A DNA stretch of 32,000 nt, taken from assembly GCA_001766815.1 (NCBI GenBank), contig LYOS01000003.1, positions 55,254-87,253 of the forward strand. The letters are read 5' to 3'. The position numbers and the translations under genes were made by a program. Position 1 is the first letter of the stretch, and the number at the start of each line of letters is the position of its first letter. Shown here piece after piece: positions 18,067 to 26,696 of the stretch. This DNA comes from Candidatus Syntropharchaeum caldarium. GTDB lineage: Archaea > Halobacteriota > Syntropharchaeia > Syntropharchaeales > Syntropharchaeaceae. The notes below the pieces were generated by a model. That model was not told the DNA's origin. It saw only the letters and a program-made list of their open reading frames with translations, and did not search any database.

Positions 18067-18555
18067 ATGGATGAACATGTGAGTGACAATGCATCTATCA
18101 TTGTATTCAGCGGTGATCTGGACAAGATCCTTGCCGCGTTTGTGATAGCAACCGGTGCAGCATCGATGGGCATGGAGGTTACGATGTACTTTACATTCTG
18201 GGGACTGAGTGCAATCAGAAAGCCAGATGGAAAGAGTAAGGGCAAAGGATTGATGGACAGGCTCTTCGGGATGATGATCCCAAAGGGACCGGCGAAGCTA
18301 AAACTGTCGCAGATGCATATGTGTGGGATGGGAACATCGATGATGCGAAGTGTGATGCGGAAGAAGAACGTGCCATCGATCGAGGATATGATAAAGGATG
18401 CATCCGATCTCGGGATCAGGATCGTTGCCTGCTCAATGGCGATGGATGTGATGGGATTGAAACGCGAGGAACTCCTTGATGAGGTTGATGAGGTCACAGG
18501 TGTTGCAAGTTTCATAGCCGAGGCAGAGAAGGCGCATATCACGCTGTTTGTATAG
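18067..18555 (+). CDS. DsrE/DsrF-like (COG2210-type) sulfur-relay protein
   Basis: 162-aa ORF with IIVFSGDLDKILAAFVIATGAASMGMEVTMYFTFWGL, Cys-containing segments MHMCGMG and IVACSMAMDVMG, and a C-terminal ITLFV. It starts 4 nt after the preceding stop. Confidence 0.75.
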   Translation: MDEHVSDNASIIVFSGDLDKILAAFVIATGAASMGMEVTMYFTFWGLSAIRKPDGKSKGKGLMDRLFGMMIPKGPAKLKLSQMHMCGMGTSMMRSVMRKKNVPSIEDMIKDASDLGIRIVACSMAMDVMGLKREELLDEVDEVTGVASFIAEAEKAHITLFV

Positions 18556-18771
18556 AACCGAACCCTCTTCAGGATCACCTTCTCTGAAAGTTACATGGGT
18601 GACGATGAAGCTCCTCAAAGAGAATGGGGAGCTTGATCAAATCACCTGCTAAAGCCCTTATTTTGTGAATTCAGTACAGACTCTTTTGATCATCAAATCT
18701 GGTGGGTTTTCACATCATCCTTAAGTACGTGATCATCCCGAATGAAGATTAGACTTGGTGGGGTCAAAAAG

Positions 18772-19944
18772 ATGATCGAAACTAAAACCATAGAAAAGAT
18801 GACGCTACATGTAAAAAACGTTGAACCAGCGAGAAATATACCAATCGCAAGACCAGTTATAACAGAAGAAGAGATAGGTGCAGTCGTTGATGTGCTAAGA
18901 TCAGGCATGCTCGCACAGGGGAGGGTTGTTTGCGAGTTTGAAGAAAAATTTGCTGATTACACAGGTGTTAAACATGCAATAGCTGTTGCTAACGGCACCA
19001 TCGCACTGGATGTAGCACTCAAGGCACTCGGCATCAAAGAAGGAGACGAGGTGATCACAACACCATTCACATTCATAGCCACGGCAAACACGATTCTATA
19101 TCAGGGAGCACGACCAGTCTTTGCAGACATCGATGATAAAACCTTCAACATCGATCCATCAGACATTCTGGACAAAATAACGCCAAAAACAAAGGCAATA
19201 ACAGGAGTGCACCTCTTCGGTCATCCATTTGATATTAGGGCGATCCAGGAGATCTGTGAAGATTATAATCTGCTCCTGATCGAGGACTGCGCACAGGCAC
19301 ATGGTGCCGAGTATCGAGGCGTGAAAGTAGGAAGTTATGGATCGGTGGGTTGTTTCTCGTTCTATCCAACAAAGAACATGACAACCGGTGAGGGGGGAAT
19401 CATAACAACCGACGATGACGAAATTGCAAGGATATGCAGGCTACTCCGAAATCATGGACAGGATGAGAAGTATCTTCACACAATGCTCGGCTACAACTAC
19501 AGAATGACTGATATACAGGCTGCAATCGGTATCGTACAGCTTGAAAAGGTGGATGAGCTTAACCAGAAAAGGATCGAGAATGCAACGTACCTCAACAAAT
19601 ATATAAAGCGATCAGGAATTACACTCCCGGTGAGAAATAACAATGTGAAACACGTCTATCATCAGTATGCAATCACAATCAACGAAGAAGATGGATTTTC
19701 ATCATCAAGAGAAGAACTTATGGCTGATTTAAGGAAGAACGGAGTTGGATCTGCCATCCACTATCCGTTACCTATCCACAGACAACCCCTGTACAGGGAT
19801 CTGGGCTACACAGAGAAAGATGTTATCTGTCCTGTTGCAGATCAGGTCGCTACAAAGATACTGAGCCTCCCGGTTCATCCCGCGCTAACAAAAGAGGATC
19901 TTAAGATCATTGCAGAAACCGTCAACCATGGAGGTGTTAATTGA
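18772..19944 (+). CDS. DegT/DnrJ/EryC1-family PLP aminotransferase (WbpE-like, UDP-3-keto-GlcNAcA aminotransferase)
   Basis: It contains IPIARPVITEEE, GVVVCEFEEKFA and the PLP-Lys region FSFYPTKNMTTGEGG. I favour the ATG at 18772, which has GGTGGGG 8 nt upstream. The ORF-track ATG at 18742 is an alternative. Confidence 0.85.
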   Translation: MIETKTIEKMTLHVKNVEPARNIPIARPVITEEEIGAVVDVLRSGMLAQGRVVCEFEEKFADYTGVKHAIAVANGTIALDVALKALGIKEGDEVITTPFTFIATANTILYQGARPVFADIDDKTFNIDPSDILDKITPKTKAITGVHLFGHPFDIRAIQEICEDYNLLLIEDCAQAHGAEYRGVKVGSYGSVGCFSFYPTKNMTTGEGGIITTDDDEIARICRLLRNHGQDEKYLHTMLGYNYRMTDIQAAIGIVQLEKVDELNQKRIENATYLNKYIKRSGITLPVRNNNVKHVYHQYAITINEEDGFSSSREELMADLRKNGVGSAIHYPLPIHRQPLYRDLGYTEKDVICPVADQVATKILSLPVHPALTKEDLKIIAETVNHGGVN

Positions 19945-19945
19945 T

Positions 19946-20869
19946 ATGAATGTCGGTGTAATCGGTGCAGGGAGCATGGGAAAGAATCACGTTAGGGTCT
20001 ATTCAGAACTTAAAGATGTTGAAGAGGTCTACGTCTATGACCCTGATGCAGCAAAGATAAGAGCAGTGGAAAAGTATGGCATAACTGCCTGTGACTCGAT
20101 GGATCAGCTTCTGAAGCAGGTCGATCTGGTGAGTATCTGTGTTCCAACAAAATACCATTACAGCGTGGCTAAAAGCGTAATCGAGAAAGGTATATCCTGC
20201 CTTATCGAGAAACCACTCACATTAACAGTGGAAGAAGGAGAAAAACTCTTGCAATTACTGGGTAATGGCAACAACGGCGTAGTCGTTGGGGTTGGGCACA
20301 TCGAACGGTTCAATCCAATGATCGGCGTGATCAAGAAGATGATCAAAGAGCCCCTCTATGTTGACATAAGGCGACATAACCCGGCATCTGATAGGATAAC
20401 AGACGCATCGATCGTTGAGGACCTGATGATCCATGATATCGATATCGTATTCAATGTTCTGTTTGACGGTGAGTACGAGATTGCAAGTGCGGGAAACGGT
20501 GATCTATGCACAACACTGATCAGGTTTGGCTCATCTGTTGTCTCCATATCGGCATCGCGACGTGCTGCAAAGAAGATCAGATCAATATATATCGAGGAGG
20601 AGGATTTCACGATCGAGGGGGACTTCATGAATCAGGAAGTGTATGTATACAGAAAACCTTCAGAGTATGGTATCGAGAATGGCGGAAGATACCGTCAGGA
20701 AAATATCATTGAAAAGGTGATGGTGAACAAGATAGAACCACTGAAAGAAGAATTGAAAGCGTTTATTACGTGCGTCAAGCGTGGCGAAGCATTTACAATA
20801 ACCCCAAGTCAGGCACTGAAAGACTTAAAAATATGTGCGAAGATAAATAAATTGAATGCAGTTCTTTAA
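19946..20869 (+). CDS. Gfo/Idh/MocA-family NAD oxidoreductase (WbpB-like)
   Basis: It has the Rossmann start MNVGVIGAGSMGKNHV and the EKPL motif (CLIEKPLTL). GGAGGTG (19931-19937) lies 8 nt upstream of the ATG at 19946, which is 2 nt after the upstream stop. The ORF-track start at 19910 would overlap the previous gene by 35 nt. Confidence 0.8.
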   Translation: MNVGVIGAGSMGKNHVRVYSELKDVEEVYVYDPDAAKIRAVEKYGITACDSMDQLLKQVDLVSICVPTKYHYSVAKSVIEKGISCLIEKPLTLTVEEGEKLLQLLGNGNNGVVVGVGHIERFNPMIGVIKKMIKEPLYVDIRRHNPASDRITDASIVEDLMIHDIDIVFNVLFDGEYEIASAGNGDLCTTLIRFGSSVVSISASRRAAKKIRSIYIEEEDFTIEGDFMNQEVYVYRKPSEYGIENGGRYRQENIIEKVMVNKIEPLKEELKAFITCVKRGEAFTITPSQALKDLKICAKINKLNAVL

Positions 20870-21341
20870 GCATCCCACAGCGATTGTGGAGAGCGAAAAT
20901 ATTGGTGAGGGGACAAAAATCTGGCACTTTGTCCATGTGAGAGAAGGGGCGAGGATTGGGCGTGATTGCATTGTGGGGAAGAGTGCGTATATCGATCTGG
21001 ATGTTGAGATAGGAGATCGCGTAAAGATCCAGAACTTCGTTTCGATCTATAAAGGTGTAAAGATAGAAGACGGTGTCTTTATCGGGCCTTCTGTAACATT
21101 CACAAATGATCTCTATCCAAGAGCAGATGCATGGGGGGAGGATATGATAACCCATACCCTGGTCAAGCGTGGCGCATCGATCGGTGCTAACTCGACAGTT
21201 ATCTGTGGTGTCACGATCGGTGAGTATGCGATGGTTGGGGCGGGTTCTGTTGTGACACGTGATGTCCCATCATTTACACTTGTATATGGGAACCCAGCCA
21301 GGATACGGGGGCGTGTCAACAAAGAGGGGTTGAAGGTATGA
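20856..21341 (+). CDS. Left-handed beta-helix (hexapeptide) N-acetyltransferase (WbpD/WlbB-like)
   Basis: 161-aa ORF with hexapeptide repeats (IGEGTKIWHFVHVREGARIGRDCIVG...) and a C-terminal VVTRDVPSFTLVYGNPARI. It overlaps both neighbouring genes. Confidence 0.8.
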   Translation: MQFFKHPTAIVESENIGEGTKIWHFVHVREGARIGRDCIVGKSAYIDLDVEIGDRVKIQNFVSIYKGVKIEDGVFIGPSVTFTNDLYPRADAWGEDMITHTLVKRGASIGANSTVICGVTIGEYAMVGAGSVVTRDVPSFTLVYGNPARIRGRVNKEGLKV

Positions 21342-22519
21342 AGATCGCGGTAATTGGTCTTGGGAAGGCGGGACTTCCACTCGCAGCAGTTATTGCTGAT
21401 GGTGGTTTTGAGGTCATCGGGGTGGATGTGGATACAGCAAGATGTAAAGATATTAACAACGGCATAAATCCGATTCCAGAAGAGAGCGGGCTTGATGAGC
21501 TTATCAGGATTCATGGTGGAGAGAGACTTTTTGCAACACCAGACTATGATGATGCCAGAGGATGCGATGCGTACGTTGTCATCGTACCGCTCTTTCTCGA
21601 TAAGAATGTAAATCCGGATTTCAGCATCCTTGAGCGTGCTTTCAGAAGTGTTGGCAAGATCCTTAAAAAAGGAGATATTGTGGTTTTAGAGACAACTGTC
21701 CCGCCGATGACAACAGCAACACTTGCAAAGAGATGGCTTGAAGATGCAAGTGAACTCTCAATTGACTCAGGTGAGTTCTACCTTGCACACTCGCCCGAAC
21801 GGATAATGACGGGCGTCTCGATCTCAAGATTGAAGGAGTTTCCAAAGATAATAGGGGGTGTGAACAGAGATAGTGGGATTAGGGCGTTCAATCTCTATAA
21901 AGGGTTTATCCCGCATCTACATCTCGTATCATCTTCAGGGGTTGCCGAGTTTATCAAGGTGATCGAGGGCTGTTACAGGGATGTCAACATCGCACTTGCC
22001 AATGAGCTCCTGAAGATCGCGGATGAGCTTGGTATCGACTTCTATGAATCAAGAGCGTATGCAAACCATGATTACTGTGATATTCACCTCCCATCAACCG
22101 GGGTTGGAGGTCACTGCATCCCTGTCTATCCATGGTTTCTGATAAAAGCGATGGAAGAACGAGAGAAGTTCGATCGTTCAAACCTCTTGAGAACTTCGAG
22201 AACCTTGAACGATCAGATGATTTATTACTGGGCTGAGAAGATCCTTCTGGCATGCATGAAGTTAAATAAACCGTTAAGCGATGTGAAAATTTGTATAAAT
22301 GGTATAACATTCAGAGATGGAGTGAAAGAGCTTTACCACAGCAGAAATCTGGCTTTGACCAGGCTTTTGATGGAAAAGGGTCTCAATGTAGGGGTCTATG
22401 ATGAGCTTTTCACAAGAGAGGAGATCGAGAATATGGGTTTGAAGTCTTGTGAGGTAGAGGAGGCGGATCTTGTATTCAATACATTCAGCCTGGAGTTAAC
22501 CACAAAGGAGGTAACCTGA
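21338..22519 (+). CDS. Nucleotide-sugar 6-dehydrogenase (WbpA/WecC-like UDP-N-acetylhexosamine dehydrogenase)
   Basis: It has the N-terminal Rossmann MKIAVIGLGKAGL and the catalytic Cys region GVGGHCIPVYPWF. The ATGA start overlaps the upstream gene, and the stop overlaps the next ATG. Confidence 0.85.
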   Translation: MKIAVIGLGKAGLPLAAVIADGGFEVIGVDVDTARCKDINNGINPIPEESGLDELIRIHGGERLFATPDYDDARGCDAYVVIVPLFLDKNVNPDFSILERAFRSVGKILKKGDIVVLETTVPPMTTATLAKRWLEDASELSIDSGEFYLAHSPERIMTGVSISRLKEFPKIIGGVNRDSGIRAFNLYKGFIPHLHLVSSSGVAEFIKVIEGCYRDVNIALANELLKIADELGIDFYESRAYANHDYCDIHLPSTGVGGHCIPVYPWFLIKAMEEREKFDRSNLLRTSRTLNDQMIYYWAEKILLACMKLNKPLSDVKICINGITFRDGVKELYHSRNLALTRLLMEKGLNVGVYDELFTREEIENMGLKSCEVEEADLVFNTFSLELTTKEVT

Positions 22520-23739
22520 TGGAGGCGGTTATTCTTGCAGCCGGGGAGGGGAGACGGATGCACCCGCTGACGTACACCCGTCCAAAGGTGATGCTATCTG
22601 TTGCAAATAGACCTATATTAGAGCATCTTATCGTTGAACTCAGAAAAGCCGGGGTGAGTACTGTTGTTCTCGTTGTCGGCTATCATGATGATACGATCAG
22701 AGCACACTTCGGAGATGGGGATAAGTGGGATATCGAGATAAAGTACGTCTCGCAGCGAAAACAACTTGGAACAGCCGATGCACTCAGATCAGCTGCACAT
22801 CTCCTTAAGGATAGATTTCTTGTGATAAACGGGGATGCAATTCTTGAAAAGGGCGATATTGAGCGGATAATGCAGGAAGAGGAGATGGTTCTGGGTGTCA
22901 AGGAGGTTGAGAACCCAGCAGATTTTGGGGTTGTTGAGATCGTGGATGGAAAGGTGGCAGGAATTCTTGAAAAGCCAGAAAATCCACCGACAAACCTGAT
23001 AAACGCAGGGGTTTACTGCTTCAACGAAGAGATATTTGAGTTCATCGAGGCTACGCCGATCTCAAGAAGGGGTGAGTATGAGATAACCGACTCGATACAG
23101 ATAGCACTTGATAGCGGGATTGAGTTTAAAGCCATGAATATAGGAAGATGGATAGATATGGGCTATCCCTGGGATCTGCTTGATGCGAACAAGGCATTAC
23201 TGAACGATCTCCTTGCAGGCTCTGATATACAGGGTGAGATCGAGGAAGGGGCTGTTATACAGGGTGAAATCTTTCTTTCTGAAAATAGCATCATAAGATC
23301 TGGCTCATATATCGTGGGGCCTGTTATGATTGGGAGGAACTGTGATATCGGACCAAACTGCTACATACGCCCTCACACTTCAATAGGTGATGACTGCCAT
23401 ATCGGTGCAGGGGTTGAGATAAAGAACTCGATTATAATGACAGGGACGAAGGTGCCGCACCTGAGCTATGTGGGAGACTCGATCATCGGGGAGAACTGCA
23501 ATCTTGGGGCCGGGACAAAGATCGCAAACCTCAGGCATGATGGGGGCGATGTCCATGCAACCGTCGGGGATAGGATCATATCAACCAGAAGGAGGAAGTT
23601 TGGTGCGGTAATCGGGGATAATACAAAGACCGGCATAAACGTCACGATCAATACAGGTACAATGATCGGAAACTATGTTCTCATAGCCCCTGGCGCAGTG
23701 GTGGAGGGTACCATCCAGCCTTTTACGAAGGTGTTTTAG
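22519..23739 (+). CDS. Bifunctional sugar-1-phosphate nucleotidyltransferase / LbH acetyltransferase (archaeal GlmU-like), paralogue 1
   Basis: 406-aa ORF with the NTP-transferase start AVILAAGEGRRMHPLTYTRPKVML and C-terminal hexapeptide repeats. AGGAGG lies upstream of the ATG. Confidence 0.8.
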   Translation: MEAVILAAGEGRRMHPLTYTRPKVMLSVANRPILEHLIVELRKAGVSTVVLVVGYHDDTIRAHFGDGDKWDIEIKYVSQRKQLGTADALRSAAHLLKDRFLVINGDAILEKGDIERIMQEEEMVLGVKEVENPADFGVVEIVDGKVAGILEKPENPPTNLINAGVYCFNEEIFEFIEATPISRRGEYEITDSIQIALDSGIEFKAMNIGRWIDMGYPWDLLDANKALLNDLLAGSDIQGEIEEGAVIQGEIFLSENSIIRSGSYIVGPVMIGRNCDIGPNCYIRPHTSIGDDCHIGAGVEIKNSIIMTGTKVPHLSYVGDSIIGENCNLGAGTKIANLRHDGGDVHATVGDRIISTRRRKFGAVIGDNTKTGINVTINTGTMIGNYVLIAPGAVVEGTIQPFTKVF

Positions 23740-24909
23740 ATGATCAGAGAGGCGGTTATACTTGCAGCAGGAGAAGGTCAACGGCTACGGCCCTTCACGG
23801 AAACAAAGCCCAAGGTCATGATAAAGGTGGCAAACATACCGATCCTGGAGTACGCAGTGAACGCATTGAAGGGTGTGGGCATCCGTGATATTGTCATCGT
23901 TGTTGGCTATAAAAAGGAGAGGATAATCGATCACTTCGGCGATGGTTCAGAATCTGGCGTTAATATACGATATGCGGAACAGAAACAGCAGATTGGAACA
24001 GCCCATGCTTTGAAACAGGCAGAAAATATGGTCGAGGATACGTTTATCGTTCTACCAGGTGATAACATCATCGATTTCAGGGCGCTTGAATCGATCGAAG
24101 AACCCTGGACGCTACTATATCAAAGGGTGAAGGAGGTCTCAAAGTATGGTGCGGTCATTCTGGAGGCTGGAAAGGTTGTAGCAATCGTAGAAAAGCCACT
24201 TGATGCAAGGAGTCATCTTGCAAATACAGGGATCTATGCACTCACAACCGAGATCTTTGATGAAATCGGGAATGAGACAAGTCTCGTTGCGGTCTTGAAT
24301 TCGTATGCTAAAACGCATGAGATCAGGGCGGTGGAGAACAGGGGCATCTGGATGGATGTCGTCTATCCATGGGATGTTTTAAAGGTGAACGAGCACGCCA
24401 TGTTCTTTTCTGGAAAGAGCATCGCTGGCAGAATAGAGGATAAAGCCACGATCATCGGTAATGTGAGGATCGGCAGGAACACGCTCATAAAGGGCAATAC
24501 GTACATCAGAGGTCCAGTTGTAATCGGTGAGGGGTGCGAGATAGGTCCCAATGCGGTGATAATGCCATCCACATCGATAGGCGATAATGTGAAGCTCGGT
24601 GCACACACGTACATCTCAAATGCGGTGATAGATGGAGGTGTCATCATCGCTGCTGGAACTTACCTCGAGAATTCTGTTGTTAGTAGTGGCTGTGTAATTG
24701 GTGCGAGGGTTACGGCATCAAGCGGAGCGGCTGAACTCAAGGTGGCGGATGAATGGCATAACCTTGAGACCGGGGTCTTTATCGGAGAGGGATGTTCAAT
24801 CGGTGCGAATGTGCTTGCAGACCCAGGGACAATAATCGGCAGCAACTCGACAATTGCACCAATGAACACGATTAGAGGAGTGATCCCCTCAGACTCAAGG
24901 GTGTTGTAG
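23740..24909 (+). CDS. Bifunctional sugar-1-phosphate nucleotidyltransferase / LbH acetyltransferase (archaeal GlmU-like), paralogue 2
   Basis: 389-aa ORF with AVILAAGEGQRLRPFTETKPKVMI and a C-terminal hexapeptide-repeat domain. It starts directly after the previous stop. Confidence 0.8.
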   Translation: MIREAVILAAGEGQRLRPFTETKPKVMIKVANIPILEYAVNALKGVGIRDIVIVVGYKKERIIDHFGDGSESGVNIRYAEQKQQIGTAHALKQAENMVEDTFIVLPGDNIIDFRALESIEEPWTLLYQRVKEVSKYGAVILEAGKVVAIVEKPLDARSHLANTGIYALTTEIFDEIGNETSLVAVLNSYAKTHEIRAVENRGIWMDVVYPWDVLKVNEHAMFFSGKSIAGRIEDKATIIGNVRIGRNTLIKGNTYIRGPVVIGEGCEIGPNAVIMPSTSIGDNVKLGAHTYISNAVIDGGVIIAAGTYLENSVVSSGCVIGARVTASSGAAELKVADEWHNLETGVFIGEGCSIGANVLADPGTIIGSNSTIAPMNTIRGVIPSDSRVL

Positions 24910-24910
24910 T

Positions 24911-26686
24911 ATGTGTGGTATCATCGGGTATCTTGGTTACAGGCGCGCGGATGAGGTGATTACCCGAGGGTTGAAACGGATGGAGTACAGGGGTTATGAT
25001 TCATGGGGGATTGCTGTAAACAATGGAGGTGTGCTTAACGTCCACAAATGCACTGGAAGCATCGGTGATACAGGGATGCTCGATCTTGGTGATAGTACCA
25101 TCGGTATAGGACATACCAGATGGGCAACCCATGGAAAGCCCTCTGATACAAACGCACACCCGCATCTTGATTGCAAGCGTGAGATAGCAGTGGTACACAA
25201 TGGCATCATCGAGAACTTTCTTCTTTTGAGAGAAGAGCTCAGTGAAGAGGGGCACATATTCGCCTCTGAGACCGATACAGAGGTGATTGCACACTTAATC
25301 GAGAAGAATTTTGATGGGAATCTTGAAAACGCACTTCTGAGATCTCTAAAAGAACTTAAAGGATCATACGCAGTTGTTGCAACAGGCATCGGTGAACGGA
25401 AGCTTGTTGGGGCAAGGTACAAAAGCCCGCTCGTTCTCGGAATCGGTGATGGTGAGTACTTTCTCGCATCTGATGTTACAGCAGTTCTTGAATATACCAG
25501 CAGGGTTGCGTACTTAGAAGATGGCGATCTCGTTACAATCACAGATAGCGGCTATGAGATCACAAACAATGGAGTGAGTGTTGAGCGGGAGATCGAGCTT
25601 CTCCCATGGGATCTTGATGCTGCAGAGAAGGGGGGCTATGAGCACTTCATGCTCAAGGAGATCCATGAGATACCACGTGTAGTTGAAGATATGCTCCTTG
25701 AGTACGTATCAGATACCATCCACCTTGATGTTAGCTTTGCAGCCGGTATATCTGAGATCATCTTTCTTGCATGCGGGACCTCCTACCATGCAGCTTTGAT
25801 TGGAAAGTACCTGATCGAGGAAGAGGCCAACATCCCTGTCAGGGTGGAGTATGCATCAGAGTTCAACTATCATCGCACACCCATGGAAAGAACGCTCGTC
25901 ATCGGGATAACCCAATCTGGCGAGACCGCGGATACGCTTGAGGCTTTAAGAGGCGCCAGGAGCTTTGGTGCAAGGGTGCTCGTGATAACAAATGTGCTTG
26001 GAAGTAGCGCCACAAGGATCGCAGACGAGGTGATTTTTACCCGTGCAGGACCTGAAATCGGTGTTGCTGCAACAAAGACCTTCATCGCCCAGCTCATCGT
26101 GATATATCTCCTGGCTTCAAGGCTTTCCATGCCAGCTCCTGATGAGATGGAGAAGTTTATTACCGAATTCAGGATGCTACCTGAGAAAGTGCAGCGGATA
26201 CTCGATGATTCAGAGAAGATACAGCGTGTGGGAAACATCCTTGCAGGATATGATAACATGATCTACATCGGCAGGGGCACAGGATTTCCAACCGCTCTGG
26301 AGGGCGCACTAAAGATGAAAGAGATCTCATACATCCATGCTGAAGGGTATCCTGCAGGTGAACTGAAGCACGGCCCGTTTGCTTTACTTGGTGCAAAAAC
26401 ACCGGTCGTTGCCTGTGTTGTTAAAGATAAGACGTACGATATCATGCTCAACAATTTAAAAGAGGTCAAAGCAAGGGGTTCGCTGGTTGTTGCAATCGCA
26501 GAGGAGGATGATCCTGAGGTGGAGAAATATGTTGATCTCGTCGTAACAACACCGACGGTTGAAAGTGTCTTCACTCCCCTCACGTACTCGGTTGCCATGC
26601 AGTTACTTGCTTACTACACGGCGGCGAGGATCGGATGTGCGATTGATAAGCCAAGAAATCTTGCAAAGAGTGTGACGGTTGAATAG
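24911..26686 (+). CDS. glmS: Glutamine--fructose-6-phosphate aminotransferase (isomerising)
   Basis: It starts MCGIIGY (N-terminal nucleophile Cys), has two SIS domains (GTSYHA, ITQSGETADT) and ends with the canonical KPRNLAKSVTVE. Confidence 0.95.
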   Translation: MCGIIGYLGYRRADEVITRGLKRMEYRGYDSWGIAVNNGGVLNVHKCTGSIGDTGMLDLGDSTIGIGHTRWATHGKPSDTNAHPHLDCKREIAVVHNGIIENFLLLREELSEEGHIFASETDTEVIAHLIEKNFDGNLENALLRSLKELKGSYAVVATGIGERKLVGARYKSPLVLGIGDGEYFLASDVTAVLEYTSRVAYLEDGDLVTITDSGYEITNNGVSVEREIELLPWDLDAAEKGGYEHFMLKEIHEIPRVVEDMLLEYVSDTIHLDVSFAAGISEIIFLACGTSYHAALIGKYLIEEEANIPVRVEYASEFNYHRTPMERTLVIGITQSGETADTLEALRGARSFGARVLVITNVLGSSATRIADEVIFTRAGPEIGVAATKTFIAQLIVIYLLASRLSMPAPDEMEKFITEFRMLPEKVQRILDDSEKIQRVGNILAGYDNMIYIGRGTGFPTALEGALKMKEISYIHAEGYPAGELKHGPFALLGAKTPVVACVVKDKTYDIMLNNLKEVKARGSLVVAIAEEDDPEVEKYVDLVVTTPTVESVFTPLTYSVAMQLLAYYTAARIGCAIDKPRNLAKSVTVE

Positions 26687-26696
26687 AGGGGTTAAA

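Noticed and set aside
24994-25542. 182-aa minus-strand ORF inside glmS
   Set aside because: It is antisense to a canonical glmS, and its translation is Ser/Pro-rich with no recognisable features.
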